A stretch of DNA of 49,207 bases from an uncultured Candidatus Saccharibacteria bacterium (GCA_964621395.1 CAZULS010000001.1:311106-360312); one strand, 5' to 3'; counted from the first letter of the stretch, positions 19,916 through 29,267 are shown. Notes: a model not told the origin generated them from the sequence alone. Translations and numbers: made by a program.

Positions 19916-20007
19916 GGGTATAAATCTCAAGAGCGGAGAAAGCGTTCGGGTGTTTTTTTGATACTTTTTTGTAGCACCATTCGGGAAAAATATTTCACCT
20001 AAAAGTT

Positions 20008-20161
20008 GTCATTCCGTGCTTGACACGGAATCTAGGACAAGATCCTGAATCAAGTTCAGGATGACAATTCACTTTTTTGTCATTCCTGGCTTGACCAGGA
20101 ATCTTCGCTGTCTTGTTTTTAATGGGTGCTTGAGAATATCCTGAATCAAGTTCAGGATGAC
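20008..20161. repeat. Cluster of four GTCATYCC REPs in two inverted pairs (BIME-like)
   Basis: 20008-20032, 20041-20065, 20079-20103, 20137-20161. Confidence 0.85.
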
Positions 20162-20241
20162 AAGTAGATATTTTTGCATATTCCTAATCCACGACTATTT
20201 TGTTTTCAAGGCGGGGTTCTGGTATACTATAGGATATACTC

Positions 20242-20434
20242 TAGAACCAGTCTCAGAAAATGGCTTGTTCTCGTACCCACACTGCGAGCGAACCGACGTC
20301 GCGGAGACCACAACGTACTACTCGTACGTTATGGTTGAGCGACAAGGTGCAGCCGCAGTGTGGGTGCGAGAACTGCCAAGCGCAGCTCTTGAATTTTATT
20401 TCCTATTTTTCCGTTTTCAGTGAGATTGGTTCTA
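20242..20434 (+). mobile_element. MITE-like structured element, copy 3 (opposite orientation, diverged)
   Basis: tagaaccagtctca...tgagattggttcta; internal stems show compensatory changes. Confidence 0.88.
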
Positions 20435-20471
20435 TCATTAGTATTATCTCATTTATTTGTATTTTCATACT

Positions 20472-22805
20472 ATGCTATCTCGTATTTTTGCCAATGCACC
20501 GCTCGTTCTTCTGGTGCTGGGGGCGATTGTTCTCACGCCGCTTTTCCTCACTCCGGGCCTCGGTATGTCATTTTCAAAGCTATCTCTTCTCGCAGCTACC
20601 GTATTTCTTGCGCTCATCGTGTATGTAGCGTTTAGTTTGCAGAACGGATCAATTGCCATTCCCAAGACTCGACTTTGGATCGGTGTTGGTGCGTTGTTAC
20701 TCGCCACACTCATTTCTGCTCTGTTTTCGTCTGTTCCGGTTGTCTCGTTTCTCGGAGCAGGGGGTGAGGTAGGAACGGTGTTTGCGCTCCTTATCTTTGT
20801 TGCACTTTTTGCTATTGCCGCCCTGACCTTCCGGTCGCGTGAACACGCACTCTATCTCTATCTTGGATTGGGGGGTGTAGGGTTTGTCGTGGCACTTCAT
20901 TATCTTCTCAATCTTATGTTGCTCCACATGGGAAGTGCTGCACTCTCATTTGGCATCTTCACCAATACGACCATGAACGTCATTGGCAAGTGGAATGAAT
21001 TCGGCATTTTTTACGGGCTCATTACTATCCTTTCGCTTCTCGCACTTCTCCTTGGCCCAAAAACGCGCCTGCTCCGTATCGTGTCCTCCGTTTTTCTTGT
21101 CGTGGGCTTGGTGATGGTTGCGATTGTGAACTTCTCTTTCGTATGGTGGATTGTTGGTATCTTCTCTCTTCTTCTCTTTGTGTACATGATTTCATTCGGA
21201 CGCGCTCTTTCAGCGAAGACAGAGGGTGGTGGAACATATCAAGTGCCGTTTATTCCACTTGTGGCGCTGCTTGTCTCAGTTGTGTTTCTTTTGCCGGGAA
21301 ATCTCGGCGGAGTACTTTCCGACACGCTTGCAATATCTGATTCCGAAGTACGTCCTTCAATAGAAGGAACGGCCCGTATTACAGCGCTTTCATGGCAGGA
21401 CGGATGGAAAGACGCAATTATCGGTATTGGACCAAATCGTTTTTCCTCCGCTTGGGTAACGCACAAGCCCGGAGGTGTGAATCAAACAGATGCATGGAAT
21501 ACTGATTTCAATGCAGGTATCGGAACCATTCCCTCTATGGCGGTCACTCTCGGTATTGTTGGTATTATTGCGTGGCTGTTCTTCCTAGTCCTGTTTGTCA
21601 TTGAAGGAGTAAAAGGTATTGTCCGTGTGAGCTCACGGGAAGCCTCACGCCTGGGTATCATTATGTCATTCCTCGCGGCACTCTATTTGTGGATTGTGGC
21701 TCTTATGTACACACCAAGCGCAATGCTCTTCGCATTTGCCTTCCTTTTCTCAGGTGTGTGTGTCGGGCTTCTCGCACGTGAAGAAGTTGTTCTCATGAAG
21801 CGATTCTCTTTTATTGAGGATCCCCGTGTCGGATTTGTTTCCGTGTTGGTTGGCGTTGTTATATTGATTGGAGGAGTTGCTGCCTTGTATGGTGTGTCCT
21901 CGCGATATGTCTCAGGTGTGATGTTTAAGAACGGTGTTGCGGCATTTCAGCGCGGCGACGTCGATGGTGCAATTACCAACATGGTATCGGCAGTGCGTGT
22001 GTATGAACACGATTCGTATTACCGGGCATTGACTCAAGGATATGTGGCGCGTCTTGGTACGATTTCAGTCGATGATGTTGGAGAAGAAACTGCTCTCGCG
22101 CAATTCCGTGAGATATTGGGACTTGCTATTACATCTGCTGAAGCTGCCATTGCCTATGACAACACAAATCACGCCAATGAATTTACGCTTGCGTCTGTAT
22201 ACACTGAAGCTGCTGCCTACGGAGTAGAAGGGGCTCGAGAGCAAGCAATCGCTGCATACGACAAAGCCGCAGCTCTTAATCCGTCTAATCCGGAAATTCC
22301 GTATATGAAAGCGCGATTGGCTGTGCAGGGTGGGGACATCGAGACAGCACGCGCTCTTATTGCTGAGGCTGTTGGACTAAAGAATAATTACACCGCTGCC
22401 ATTTTCCTTCTTGCCCAGATTGAGGAATTAGAAGGGAATATGGACGAGGCAATCTATTTGGCGGAAGCTGCTTCCTCGCTTGCACCGCTTGATGCCGGGC
22501 TCCACTTCCAGCTCGGACTTCTCAAGTACAAAGAAGAAGATTATGCCGGAGCAAGAACAGCACTTATCCGAGCGGTGACCGTACTCCCGACATACAACAA
22601 TGCATTGTACTTCCTCGGACTCTCCTACGATATGCTCGATGAGAGAGAAAATGCTATTGCCGTATTCACCGAACTTGCTCGTCGATTACCCGAGAATACT
22701 GATGTCAGAACGGTGCTTGATCGTTTGAATCAAGGAACATCAGCGATTCCCGAAACAGTAGAAGAGGCACCTGAAGATAGTGAAGAGCCGCCGATTGAAG
22801 AATAA
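20472..22805 (+). CDS. Polytopic membrane protein (O-antigen-ligase-like) with C-terminal TPRs
   Basis: More than 12 TM segments, loop IGIGPNRF, TPR-like helices; adjacent to murJ. Confidence 0.8.
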   Translation: MLSRIFANAPLVLLVLGAIVLTPLFLTPGLGMSFSKLSLLAATVFLALIVYVAFSLQNGSIAIPKTRLWIGVGALLLATLISALFSSVPVVSFLGAGGEVGTVFALLIFVALFAIAALTFRSREHALYLYLGLGGVGFVVALHYLLNLMLLHMGSAALSFGIFTNTTMNVIGKWNEFGIFYGLITILSLLALLLGPKTRLLRIVSSVFLVVGLVMVAIVNFSFVWWIVGIFSLLLFVYMISFGRALSAKTEGGGTYQVPFIPLVALLVSVVFLLPGNLGGVLSDTLAISDSEVRPSIEGTARITALSWQDGWKDAIIGIGPNRFSSAWVTHKPGGVNQTDAWNTDFNAGIGTIPSMAVTLGIVGIIAWLFFLVLFVIEGVKGIVRVSSREASRLGIIMSFLAALYLWIVALMYTPSAMLFAFAFLFSGVCVGLLAREEVVLMKRFSFIEDPRVGFVSVLVGVVILIGGVAALYGVSSRYVSGVMFKNGVAAFQRGDVDGAITNMVSAVRVYEHDSYYRALTQGYVARLGTISVDDVGEETALAQFREILGLAITSAEAAIAYDNTNHANEFTLASVYTEAAAYGVEGAREQAIAAYDKAAALNPSNPEIPYMKARLAVQGGDIETARALIAEAVGLKNNYTAAIFLLAQIEELEGNMDEAIYLAEAASSLAPLDAGLHFQLGLLKYKEEDYAGARTALIRAVTVLPTYNNALYFLGLSYDMLDERENAIAVFTELARRLPENTDVRTVLDRLNQGTSAIPETVEEAPEDSEEPPIEE

Positions 22806-22828
22806 TCGCGAACTCCCCATTTCCCCTT

Positions 22829-24511
22829 ATGGTACGAAAAGTCCTTGCATTCATGCATACGGAGATTGCAAATATACACCATGCAGCATATCTGCTTGGT
22901 GTATTTGCTTTTGGCTCTCAGCTTCTTGGCCTCGTCCGCGATCGTATGCTCGCGCACCACTTCGGTGCCTCATCAATGCTTGATGTGTATTACGCGGCAT
23001 TTCGTATTCCTGACACGGTCTATATTGCCATCGCCTCGCTTGTGTCGCTCTCAGTGCTCGTACCATTTCTTTCAGAGAGCTTTGCACGGGACAAAGACTC
23101 CGGCGGCAATGAACATACCCGTGCACTCCTTGGAAGTGTGACGACACTATTCTTTGCTCTTATTGCCGGCATCTCTCTGGTACTTCTCATTGCCATGCCG
23201 GCTCTTGCTCAAATCGTTGCTCCCGGTTTTACCGGCGAGAGTCGAGAATTATTTATCCTTCTTTCCCGCATTCTCCTTCTTTCACCGATTATTCTGGGAT
23301 TTTCAAATGTTTTGGCGAGTATCACGCAAAGTAAACAGAAGTTTTTCGTCTATGCCATTGCGCCAATGCTCTACAATCTCGGCATTATCATCGGCATTAT
23401 TTTCTTCTTGCCGATGTGGGGCATGAGCGGGGTTGTGGCGGGGGTGATTGTCGGTTCGCTCCTGCATGTGCTTATTCAAGTGCCGACGGTGCTCCGTGAA
23501 GGACTCTTTCCGCGTCTTACATTCAAGCCGGATATGAGTATCGTGAAGAAGATCACCGCGCTCTCGATACCACGCTCGCTTGCGCTCGCTTCCACCCAGC
23601 TTGTCTTTCTTTTCTTGACAGCTCTTGCCACGAAGCTCTCCGAAGGCTCCGTCACCGTACTGTCTTTTTCCTTTAATATTCAATCCGTACCGCTCTCTAT
23701 TATTGGTGTGAGTTATTCGGTGGCGGCATTTCCGGCGCTTGCGCGTTTTGTTGCCGAGGGGGAAGGGAAACGCTTTGCCGAGCATATGGCACTTGCCGCG
23801 CGTCATATCATTCTCTGGTCTATGCCGGCGATTATGCTTTTTATTGTCCTTCGTGCGCAGATTGTGAGAGTGGTTCTCGGATCGGGAAACTTTGATTGGA
23901 GTGATACTCGCCTCACGGCCGCGGCTCTCTCGGCCTATGTGGTGTCGGTTGTTGCTCAGGCATTGCAGCTTCTTTTCGTGCGCGGATACTATGCTGCCGG
24001 AAGAACAACCATGCCACTTGTGGTGAATGCGATTTCAGCAGTTGTGATTATTGCGTTTGCATTCGGAGGACTGTATGCCTTTGGAGCGTATCCGGAATTC
24101 CGACTCTTCCTTGAGGCAATATTCCGTATCGAAGGACTTTCCGGAACCGATGTGGTCGTTCTGCCGCTTGCTTATTCACTCGGCATGATTGTGAATGTGG
24201 TGCTTCTGTGGTGGTTCTTCAACCGCGATTTTCATGCCTTTTCGCTCAAGATGGAGCGCGCCTTTGCCGAAATGCTTGTTGGCTCATTTGTCATGGGAAT
24301 TGTTGCCTACGGTATGCTTGGTGTGGTTGAGCCGTTCGTTGATACCGACACATTCATTGGTATTTTCCTTCAGGGTGCAATAAGTGGGCTTGTCGGCATT
24401 GCCGCAGGGACAGCCATACTTCTTCTTATGGGGAATAAAGAGATTAGGGAGCTTATAACGGTAATTAGAACTCGAGTGGGTATGACGTCAGAATTAAGAA
24501 TTAAGAATTAA
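22829..24511 (+). CDS. murJ: Lipid II flippase MurJ
   Basis: SQLLGLVRDR, YYAAFRIPD, YNLGII, RGYYA. Confidence 0.93.
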   Translation: MVRKVLAFMHTEIANIHHAAYLLGVFAFGSQLLGLVRDRMLAHHFGASSMLDVYYAAFRIPDTVYIAIASLVSLSVLVPFLSESFARDKDSGGNEHTRALLGSVTTLFFALIAGISLVLLIAMPALAQIVAPGFTGESRELFILLSRILLLSPIILGFSNVLASITQSKQKFFVYAIAPMLYNLGIIIGIIFFLPMWGMSGVVAGVIVGSLLHVLIQVPTVLREGLFPRLTFKPDMSIVKKITALSIPRSLALASTQLVFLFLTALATKLSEGSVTVLSFSFNIQSVPLSIIGVSYSVAAFPALARFVAEGEGKRFAEHMALAARHIILWSMPAIMLFIVLRAQIVRVVLGSGNFDWSDTRLTAAALSAYVVSVVAQALQLLFVRGYYAAGRTTMPLVVNAISAVVIIAFAFGGLYAFGAYPEFRLFLEAIFRIEGLSGTDVVVLPLAYSLGMIVNVVLLWWFFNRDFHAFSLKMERAFAEMLVGSFVMGIVAYGMLGVVEPFVDTDTFIGIFLQGAISGLVGIAAGTAILLLMGNKEIRELITVIRTRVGMTSELRIKN

Positions 24512-24647
24512 GGAAATGCGGCGCGGCTGCGCCGCGCCAAAAAAGAAAAGCGCGGGAAATCTTTGATTTCCCGCGCTTTTCTTTTTCCGCTCAACATGGT
24601 ACATTGGAAAAAGATAATAGTATCTCACAACAAAACATACAAGCATT

Positions 24648-25163
24648 ATGAATATTATTAGGGATATATACTCTGATGTGGGCAATTTTCTCTTTCCCTG
24701 CATTCCTTCGTATGAAGAAATGGTTGAAGAAGCAGCTGAACTTCGGCTGAATAGGGACATTACATGTGACGCACCTGCTAACGCAAAGATAGTCATTCCT
24801 TATGTTCTTCGAGAAGCAAAGAAAGGCAATAGTCATGTGAAAATATGTCTTGTCGATAAAGACCTGTTTCTCTTTGAAGATGAGTCTATCCTTGAGCTAC
24901 TTGAGCAGTGTACGGTAACTTTGTACCTTCTCGAAGATAATCAGCCAGAGAAGACAAAGAGACTTGAAGGTGTTATGGAGAGCTTTCCAAGAAGTGAGGT
25001 GGTACGTATTCAGAAGGATACAAGGACGACCTCATTTATTGTGGCTGGAAACATATGTTTCTGGCGCGGTATATCGTCGGGGAGGTTCGAGCGTGATTTT
25101 AAAAGAAAGGTGAATTTCAATCACAAAGACATGGTAGACATTCTTACCATGCAGATTAGATAG
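24648..25163 (+). CDS. Hypothetical protein (probable paralog of next gene)
   Basis: 171 aa; C-terminal SFIVAGN...VNFNHK. Confidence 0.7.
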   Translation: MNIIRDIYSDVGNFLFPCIPSYEEMVEEAAELRLNRDITCDAPANAKIVIPYVLREAKKGNSHVKICLVDKDLFLFEDESILELLEQCTVTLYLLEDNQPEKTKRLEGVMESFPRSEVVRIQKDTRTTSFIVAGNICFWRGISSGRFERDFKRKVNFNHKDMVDILTMQIR

Positions 25164-25277
25164 AGAACCGCCTCAAGCGGTTCTTTTTGTGTGATAAAAG
25201 CATGCTTTTCTTTTTCCGCTCAGTATGATACATTGCGGGAAGGAAAATACTCAAAACATAAATGAGAAGGGGGTTAT

Positions 25278-25880
25278 ATGCTTTGGTTTGGGAAAAAGAG
25301 GGATAAATCTTTTGAAGAAAAGATCAGAGAATATATGTCAAAAGACAGCGATGAAAGTGTGTATTCTCAAGACGTGGAAAAAATAACGGAAATGAAAAAG
25401 GTATTACTTGAGAAGGCTCAACAAAGAAGGGAAGCAGTGCATGTGTTTACAGACGATCGCATGCCAGAATGGTATAAGGATATTGGCTCAGAACTCAAAC
25501 AGGTAAGTGGAACATGCAGTATGTTTTTTTACAGTCTCGAGCCAGATTTTTGTGATATTCCCAGTGAGCTACAGAACTTGGGAGTACACTTCAGTATCGT
25601 GCCGGTAACCAGGGCGAAGATCGGATACCCAAGACCATTTTTGATTGTCGGTAATAGTATCTGTTGTCTTCTGGATACGGGTCGGTTTGGTTTTCAGAAG
25701 GGATCGGTAACTCTGAATTTCAACAAGCCGATGTTTAGGGAACTCGTTCTTTCAGGTCTTAAGACAGAAATTGTCCTCCAGGAGGCTTTTTCGAAAGATT
25801 TTCGAGGAAAAGACGGGGAAGAACTTTCGATTTTCGAGGGTCATATTGTTCCCTGTTGCCGAAAGCGCTATCTCGCATGA
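25278..25880 (+). CDS. Hypothetical protein (probable paralog of previous gene)
   Basis: 200 aa; PFLIVGNS...LNFNKP; SD-like gaagggg upstream. Confidence 0.7.
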   Translation: MLWFGKKRDKSFEEKIREYMSKDSDESVYSQDVEKITEMKKVLLEKAQQRREAVHVFTDDRMPEWYKDIGSELKQVSGTCSMFFYSLEPDFCDIPSELQNLGVHFSIVPVTRAKIGYPRPFLIVGNSICCLLDTGRFGFQKGSVTLNFNKPMFRELVLSGLKTEIVLQEAFSKDFRGKDGEELSIFEGHIVPCCRKRYLA

Positions 25881-25946
25881 ACCGCCCCTTTCAGGCGGTT
25901 CTTTTTATGCGACAAAAGGAGGAAAATGTGGTATGCTCAAACGATT

Positions 25947-27743
25947 ATGGATAGAACACATATCCGCAATTTTACTATTATCGCGCATATTGATCACGGC
26001 AAGTCGACCCTTGCCGATCGCATGCTTGAGCTGACTGAGACGGTTGAGAAGCGCACACTCAAAGATCAAACACTCGATTCCATGGATTTGGAGCGTGAGC
26101 GCGGTATTACCATCAAGATGGCGCCGGTGTCTATGGCATATGAGCACGGGCGGGAAAGACACATGCTCAATCTGATTGATACGCCCGGGCATATCGATTT
26201 TTCCTATGAAGTCTCTCGCGCTCTTAAGGCCGTGGAAGGGACGGTGCTACTGGTAGATGCAACCCAGGGTGTTCAAGCACAGACGCTTTCAGTGCTTTCC
26301 ATGGCACGTGAACTCGGGCTCGAAATCATTCCCGTTATCTCGAAAATTGACTCACCGCTTGCGCGCCCTGATGAGGTGCGCTTGGAAGTGGCAGAGCTCT
26401 TGGATTGCTCTCCTGATGACGTCTCCGGTGTCTCGGGGAAAACGGGAGAGGGTGTGGAGGAGCTCCTCGGGCGCATTGTGCGCGATATCCCTGCACCGAA
26501 GAGTGAGCTTCAAGGAGAGGGGAGTCGCGCGCTTATTTTCGATTTTGAATATTCCACCCATAAGGGTGTGATTGTGTATGTGCGTATGCTTGATGGATCA
26601 ATCGTCCCGGGCGACGCACTCACCTTCGTGCAAACGGGTAAACACTGCAAGGCGCTCGAAACGGGTGTTTTCACGCCTCTTGAGGTGTCTACGAGTGGCT
26701 TGGACGTGGGCTCAATCGGCTATATCGTTACCGGCGTGAAAGAGGCGGGTGTTGCCTCGGTGGGTGATACATTGGTGCTTCGCGGGAAATCTTTGCCGGC
26801 GCTTCCGGGATATCAGGAACCAAAGCCGGTGGTGTGGGCGTCGGTCTTCCCTGAGAGCCAGGATGACTTTATGCAACTTCGATTGGCACTTGAGCGATTA
26901 CAGCTCTCTGACCCTTCGGTCTCTTTTGAGGAAGAAGCGTCAGGAGTGATGGGGCGCGGTTTTCGTTGCGGATTTTTGGGGATGCTTCACTTGGAGATTG
27001 TCACCGAGCGTTTGCGTCGAGAGTTTAATCTCGAGCTTGTGGTGGCAAGTCCGTCGATTACCTATGATGTGGTGTATCAGGGTGGCAAGCGAGAAACCAT
27101 CTATTCGCCGTCTTTGTTTCCCGATCATGGCACGTATGAGAAAGTATATGAGCCGTGGGTGGATGCGCGTATTATCTTTCCGGCTGAATATGCCGGTGCC
27201 GTCACGAAGCTCCTGTATGACCACGAATCAGAAGCAGGGCACATGGAAAATTTTGGTGACGGGCGTATGTCGCTTTCGCTTGAGATGCCGCTCCGTGAGC
27301 TTATGCGCAACTTTTTTGATGAGCTCAAAAGTGCCACATCCGGTTTTGCCTCTCTTTCATACGACATTACCGAATTGCGTATTGCCCAGGTGACAAGAAT
27401 GGATGTGCTCGTTGGAGGTGAGAGTGTGCCCGCCTTTACTCGAGTGGTCGCCGAGCGGCGCATTGAAGAGGAGGCGCGGAGTACGGTGGAGCGATTGCAT
27501 AAGATCTTGCCGCGGCAAATGTTTGTCGTGAAGATTCAGGCAAAGGCATTGGGGCGCATTATTGCTTCTGAGACACTCTCAGCATTCCGCAAGGATGTGA
27601 CAGCAAAGCTCTATGGCGGTGATATCACCCGAAAGATGAAGCTCCTCGAGAAGCAAAAAAAGGGAAAGAAGAAAATGAAAGGGATGGGAAAGGTCAACAT
27701 CCCGCAAGACGTCTTCATCAAAATGGTCCGCCCGAAGGATTAG
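25947..27743 (+). CDS. lepA: Elongation factor 4 LepA
   Basis: IRNFTIIAHIDHGKSTLADR, DTPGHIDF, GFLGMLH, KLYGGDITRK; start at ATG 25947. Confidence 0.99.
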   Translation: MDRTHIRNFTIIAHIDHGKSTLADRMLELTETVEKRTLKDQTLDSMDLERERGITIKMAPVSMAYEHGRERHMLNLIDTPGHIDFSYEVSRALKAVEGTVLLVDATQGVQAQTLSVLSMARELGLEIIPVISKIDSPLARPDEVRLEVAELLDCSPDDVSGVSGKTGEGVEELLGRIVRDIPAPKSELQGEGSRALIFDFEYSTHKGVIVYVRMLDGSIVPGDALTFVQTGKHCKALETGVFTPLEVSTSGLDVGSIGYIVTGVKEAGVASVGDTLVLRGKSLPALPGYQEPKPVVWASVFPESQDDFMQLRLALERLQLSDPSVSFEEEASGVMGRGFRCGFLGMLHLEIVTERLRREFNLELVVASPSITYDVVYQGGKRETIYSPSLFPDHGTYEKVYEPWVDARIIFPAEYAGAVTKLLYDHESEAGHMENFGDGRMSLSLEMPLRELMRNFFDELKSATSGFASLSYDITELRIAQVTRMDVLVGGESVPAFTRVVAERRIEEEARSTVERLHKILPRQMFVVKIQAKALGRIIASETLSAFRKDVTAKLYGGDITRKMKLLEKQKKGKKKMKGMGKVNIPQDVFIKMVRPKD

Positions 27744-27764
27744 CGCCTTTGTACCCGAGAGGGT

Positions 27765-27840
27765 GTCATCCCGCACTTGATGCGGGATCTCGAGAGAGTT
27801 TTCTCATAATGTTTAGATCCCGCATCAAGTGCGGGATGAC
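27765..27840. repeat. Inverted pair of identical GTCATCCC REPs
   Basis: gtcatcccgcacttgatgcgggatc ... gatcccgcatcaagtgcgggatgac. Confidence 0.9.
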
Positions 27841-27902
27841 AGCAAATAGATATTACTGCTATACTAATCTCCTACCTTACTAACGTACTAACCTACTATC
27901 TC

Positions 27903-28007
27903 ATGTTATTCAACCCAAAACACAAAAAAATCATCAAAGCCGTATGGTCTGTGCTCGCAGTACTCATTATGGTCAGTATGGTCATGTTGTACTCATTTTT
28001 TGTATAA
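27903..28007 (+). CDS. 34-aa single-TM microprotein (not in ORF track)
   Basis: MLFNPKHKKIIKAVWSVLAVLIMVSMVMLYSFFV; TATACT upstream. Confidence 0.6.
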   Translation: MLFNPKHKKIIKAVWSVLAVLIMVSMVMLYSFFV

Positions 28008-28019
28008 TGAGGAAACACC

Positions 28020-28397
28020 ATGAAAGTCGGACCTAAGCGCTATCTCTGGAAACGCATGGCAGCATCGCATGTGACGATTGCCATGTTGGTTATTGCGGTG
28101 CTTTTTCTTGGAAATGCGACATGGAATGTATATCGCGGATATGCAGCCGCGCATGAAAAGGAAATGATGGCGAAGGATAATCTTGAGGCAATGGTTGCGC
28201 GAGCTGAGGCACTTGAGGTCGATATTGCACGACTCACAAGCGAGAAAGGGAAAGAAGAGGAAATTCGCACTCGTTTTGGATATGGTAAAGAAGGCGAGCA
28301 CATGATTGTGGTCGTTGATGAGAAGGAGAGTGAAGATAATGCGCCAAGGAATGATGCATGGTATATGCGTTTCTGGCATTGGATAACAGGAAGATGA
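28020..28397 (+). CDS. Septum formation initiator (FtsB/DivIC-like)
   Basis: TM, coiled coil, then EEEIRTRFGYGKEGEHMIVV. Confidence 0.82.
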   Translation: MKVGPKRYLWKRMAASHVTIAMLVIAVLFLGNATWNVYRGYAAAHEKEMMAKDNLEAMVARAEALEVDIARLTSEKGKEEEIRTRFGYGKEGEHMIVVVDEKESEDNAPRNDAWYMRFWHWITGR

Positions 28398-28444
28398 GTT
28401 ATATTCTAGGTTTAACCTAGAAATAGAAAAACTGGAAATGAAGA

Positions 28445-28515
28445 GCGGAATTAGTTAAGTGGTATAACATCAGCTTCCCAAGCTGAGATCGCGAGTTCGA
28501 TTCTCGCATTCCGCA
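28445..28515 (+). tRNA. tRNA-Gly(CCC)
   Basis: GCGGAAT acceptor, tcagc-ttCCCaa-gctga, GTTCGATTC; CCA not encoded. Confidence 0.95.
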
Positions 28516-28694
28516 CAGCCAAAGCGAACCGCCCTGAAGGGGCGGATTTCGCTTTGAGCTGTGCGGAATGAGCGAGCCAACTGCTTGGCTCGCGTCGAGA
28601 ATCGAATGCTCTCCAATATTGCGAGCCGCGCCTGCCTGCCGGCAGGTCCAGCGATACTTGAGAGAATACGAGCCCTTGGGCGAAGTATTATGAT

Positions 28695-28891
28695 TAGAAC
28701 CAGTCTCACTGAAAACGTTGAAAAATAAGGGAAACATATTCAAGAGCTGCGCTTGGCAGTTCTCACGCCCAAACAGCGGCTGCGCCTTGTCGCTCAACCG
28801 CACCGCACGAGAGTGCGGCGCGGTCTCCGCGACATCGGCTCGCTCGCAGTTTGGGCGCGAGAACAAGCCATTTTCAGTGAGACTGGTTCTA
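28695..28891 (-). mobile_element. 197-bp MITE-like structured element, copy 4, inserted in a tRNA-tail module
   Basis: Same TIRs; removing it with one TA restores gatTAGTAatcgtGGGAC. Confidence 0.92.
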
Positions 28892-29012
28892 GTAATCGTG
28901 GGACGATTCTCTCCTTTTTATCAGCCAAAGCGAACCGCCCTGAAGGGGCGGATTTCGCTTTGAGCTGTGCGGAATAGCAAGTGCATTTATGCACTTGCGT
29001 GCGGAATCGAAC

Positions 29013-29113
29013 CGAGCACCACTTTCACTGATTGAGTTATTTGAAGTATTGAATATAGACAGCTCCGTGTAATTTGTAATGGGATTTTAGTGTATAAGTG
29101 AAAGTGGTGCTCG
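29013..29113. mobile_element. ~100-bp element with 17-bp perfect terminal inverted repeats
   Basis: cgagcaccactttcact ... agtgaaagtggtgctcg; relatives at 8894-8990 and 33852-33945. Confidence 0.7.
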
Positions 29114-29233
29114 ACGTCCAGGAGTACTTTGCGGATTGCGAATACCTGGAGCAATACGCTTAGTAACTCCGGGACGATTCTCGCACTAATGAGCGAGCCG
29201 TACTATAGGCTCGTGTCGAGAATTATTTTCGCC

Positions 29234-29261
29234 TTGACATAACATATACTCACGCTACAAT
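29234..29261 (+). promoter_or_regulatory. Sigma70 promoter of hicBA (leaderless)
   Basis: TTGACA-16 nt-TACAAT, 6 nt before the ATG. Confidence 0.7.
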
Positions 29262-29267
29262 AGTCTT

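Larger units (their letters stand above)
28516..29224 (+). other. Tandem tRNA-Gly 3' tail array (two units plus a partial third) with nested insertions
   Basis: 54-bp exact direct repeat at 28516-28569 and 28922-28975; anti-tRNA segments; GTCCA...GGGAC modules followed by gattctc T-arm copies. Confidence 0.8.

Noticed and set aside
28516-29224. Possible CRISPR array or prophage att site
   Set aside because: Only two long repeats about 400 bp apart, no regular spacers, no cas or integrase gene, and the main tRNA copies are inverted rather than direct.
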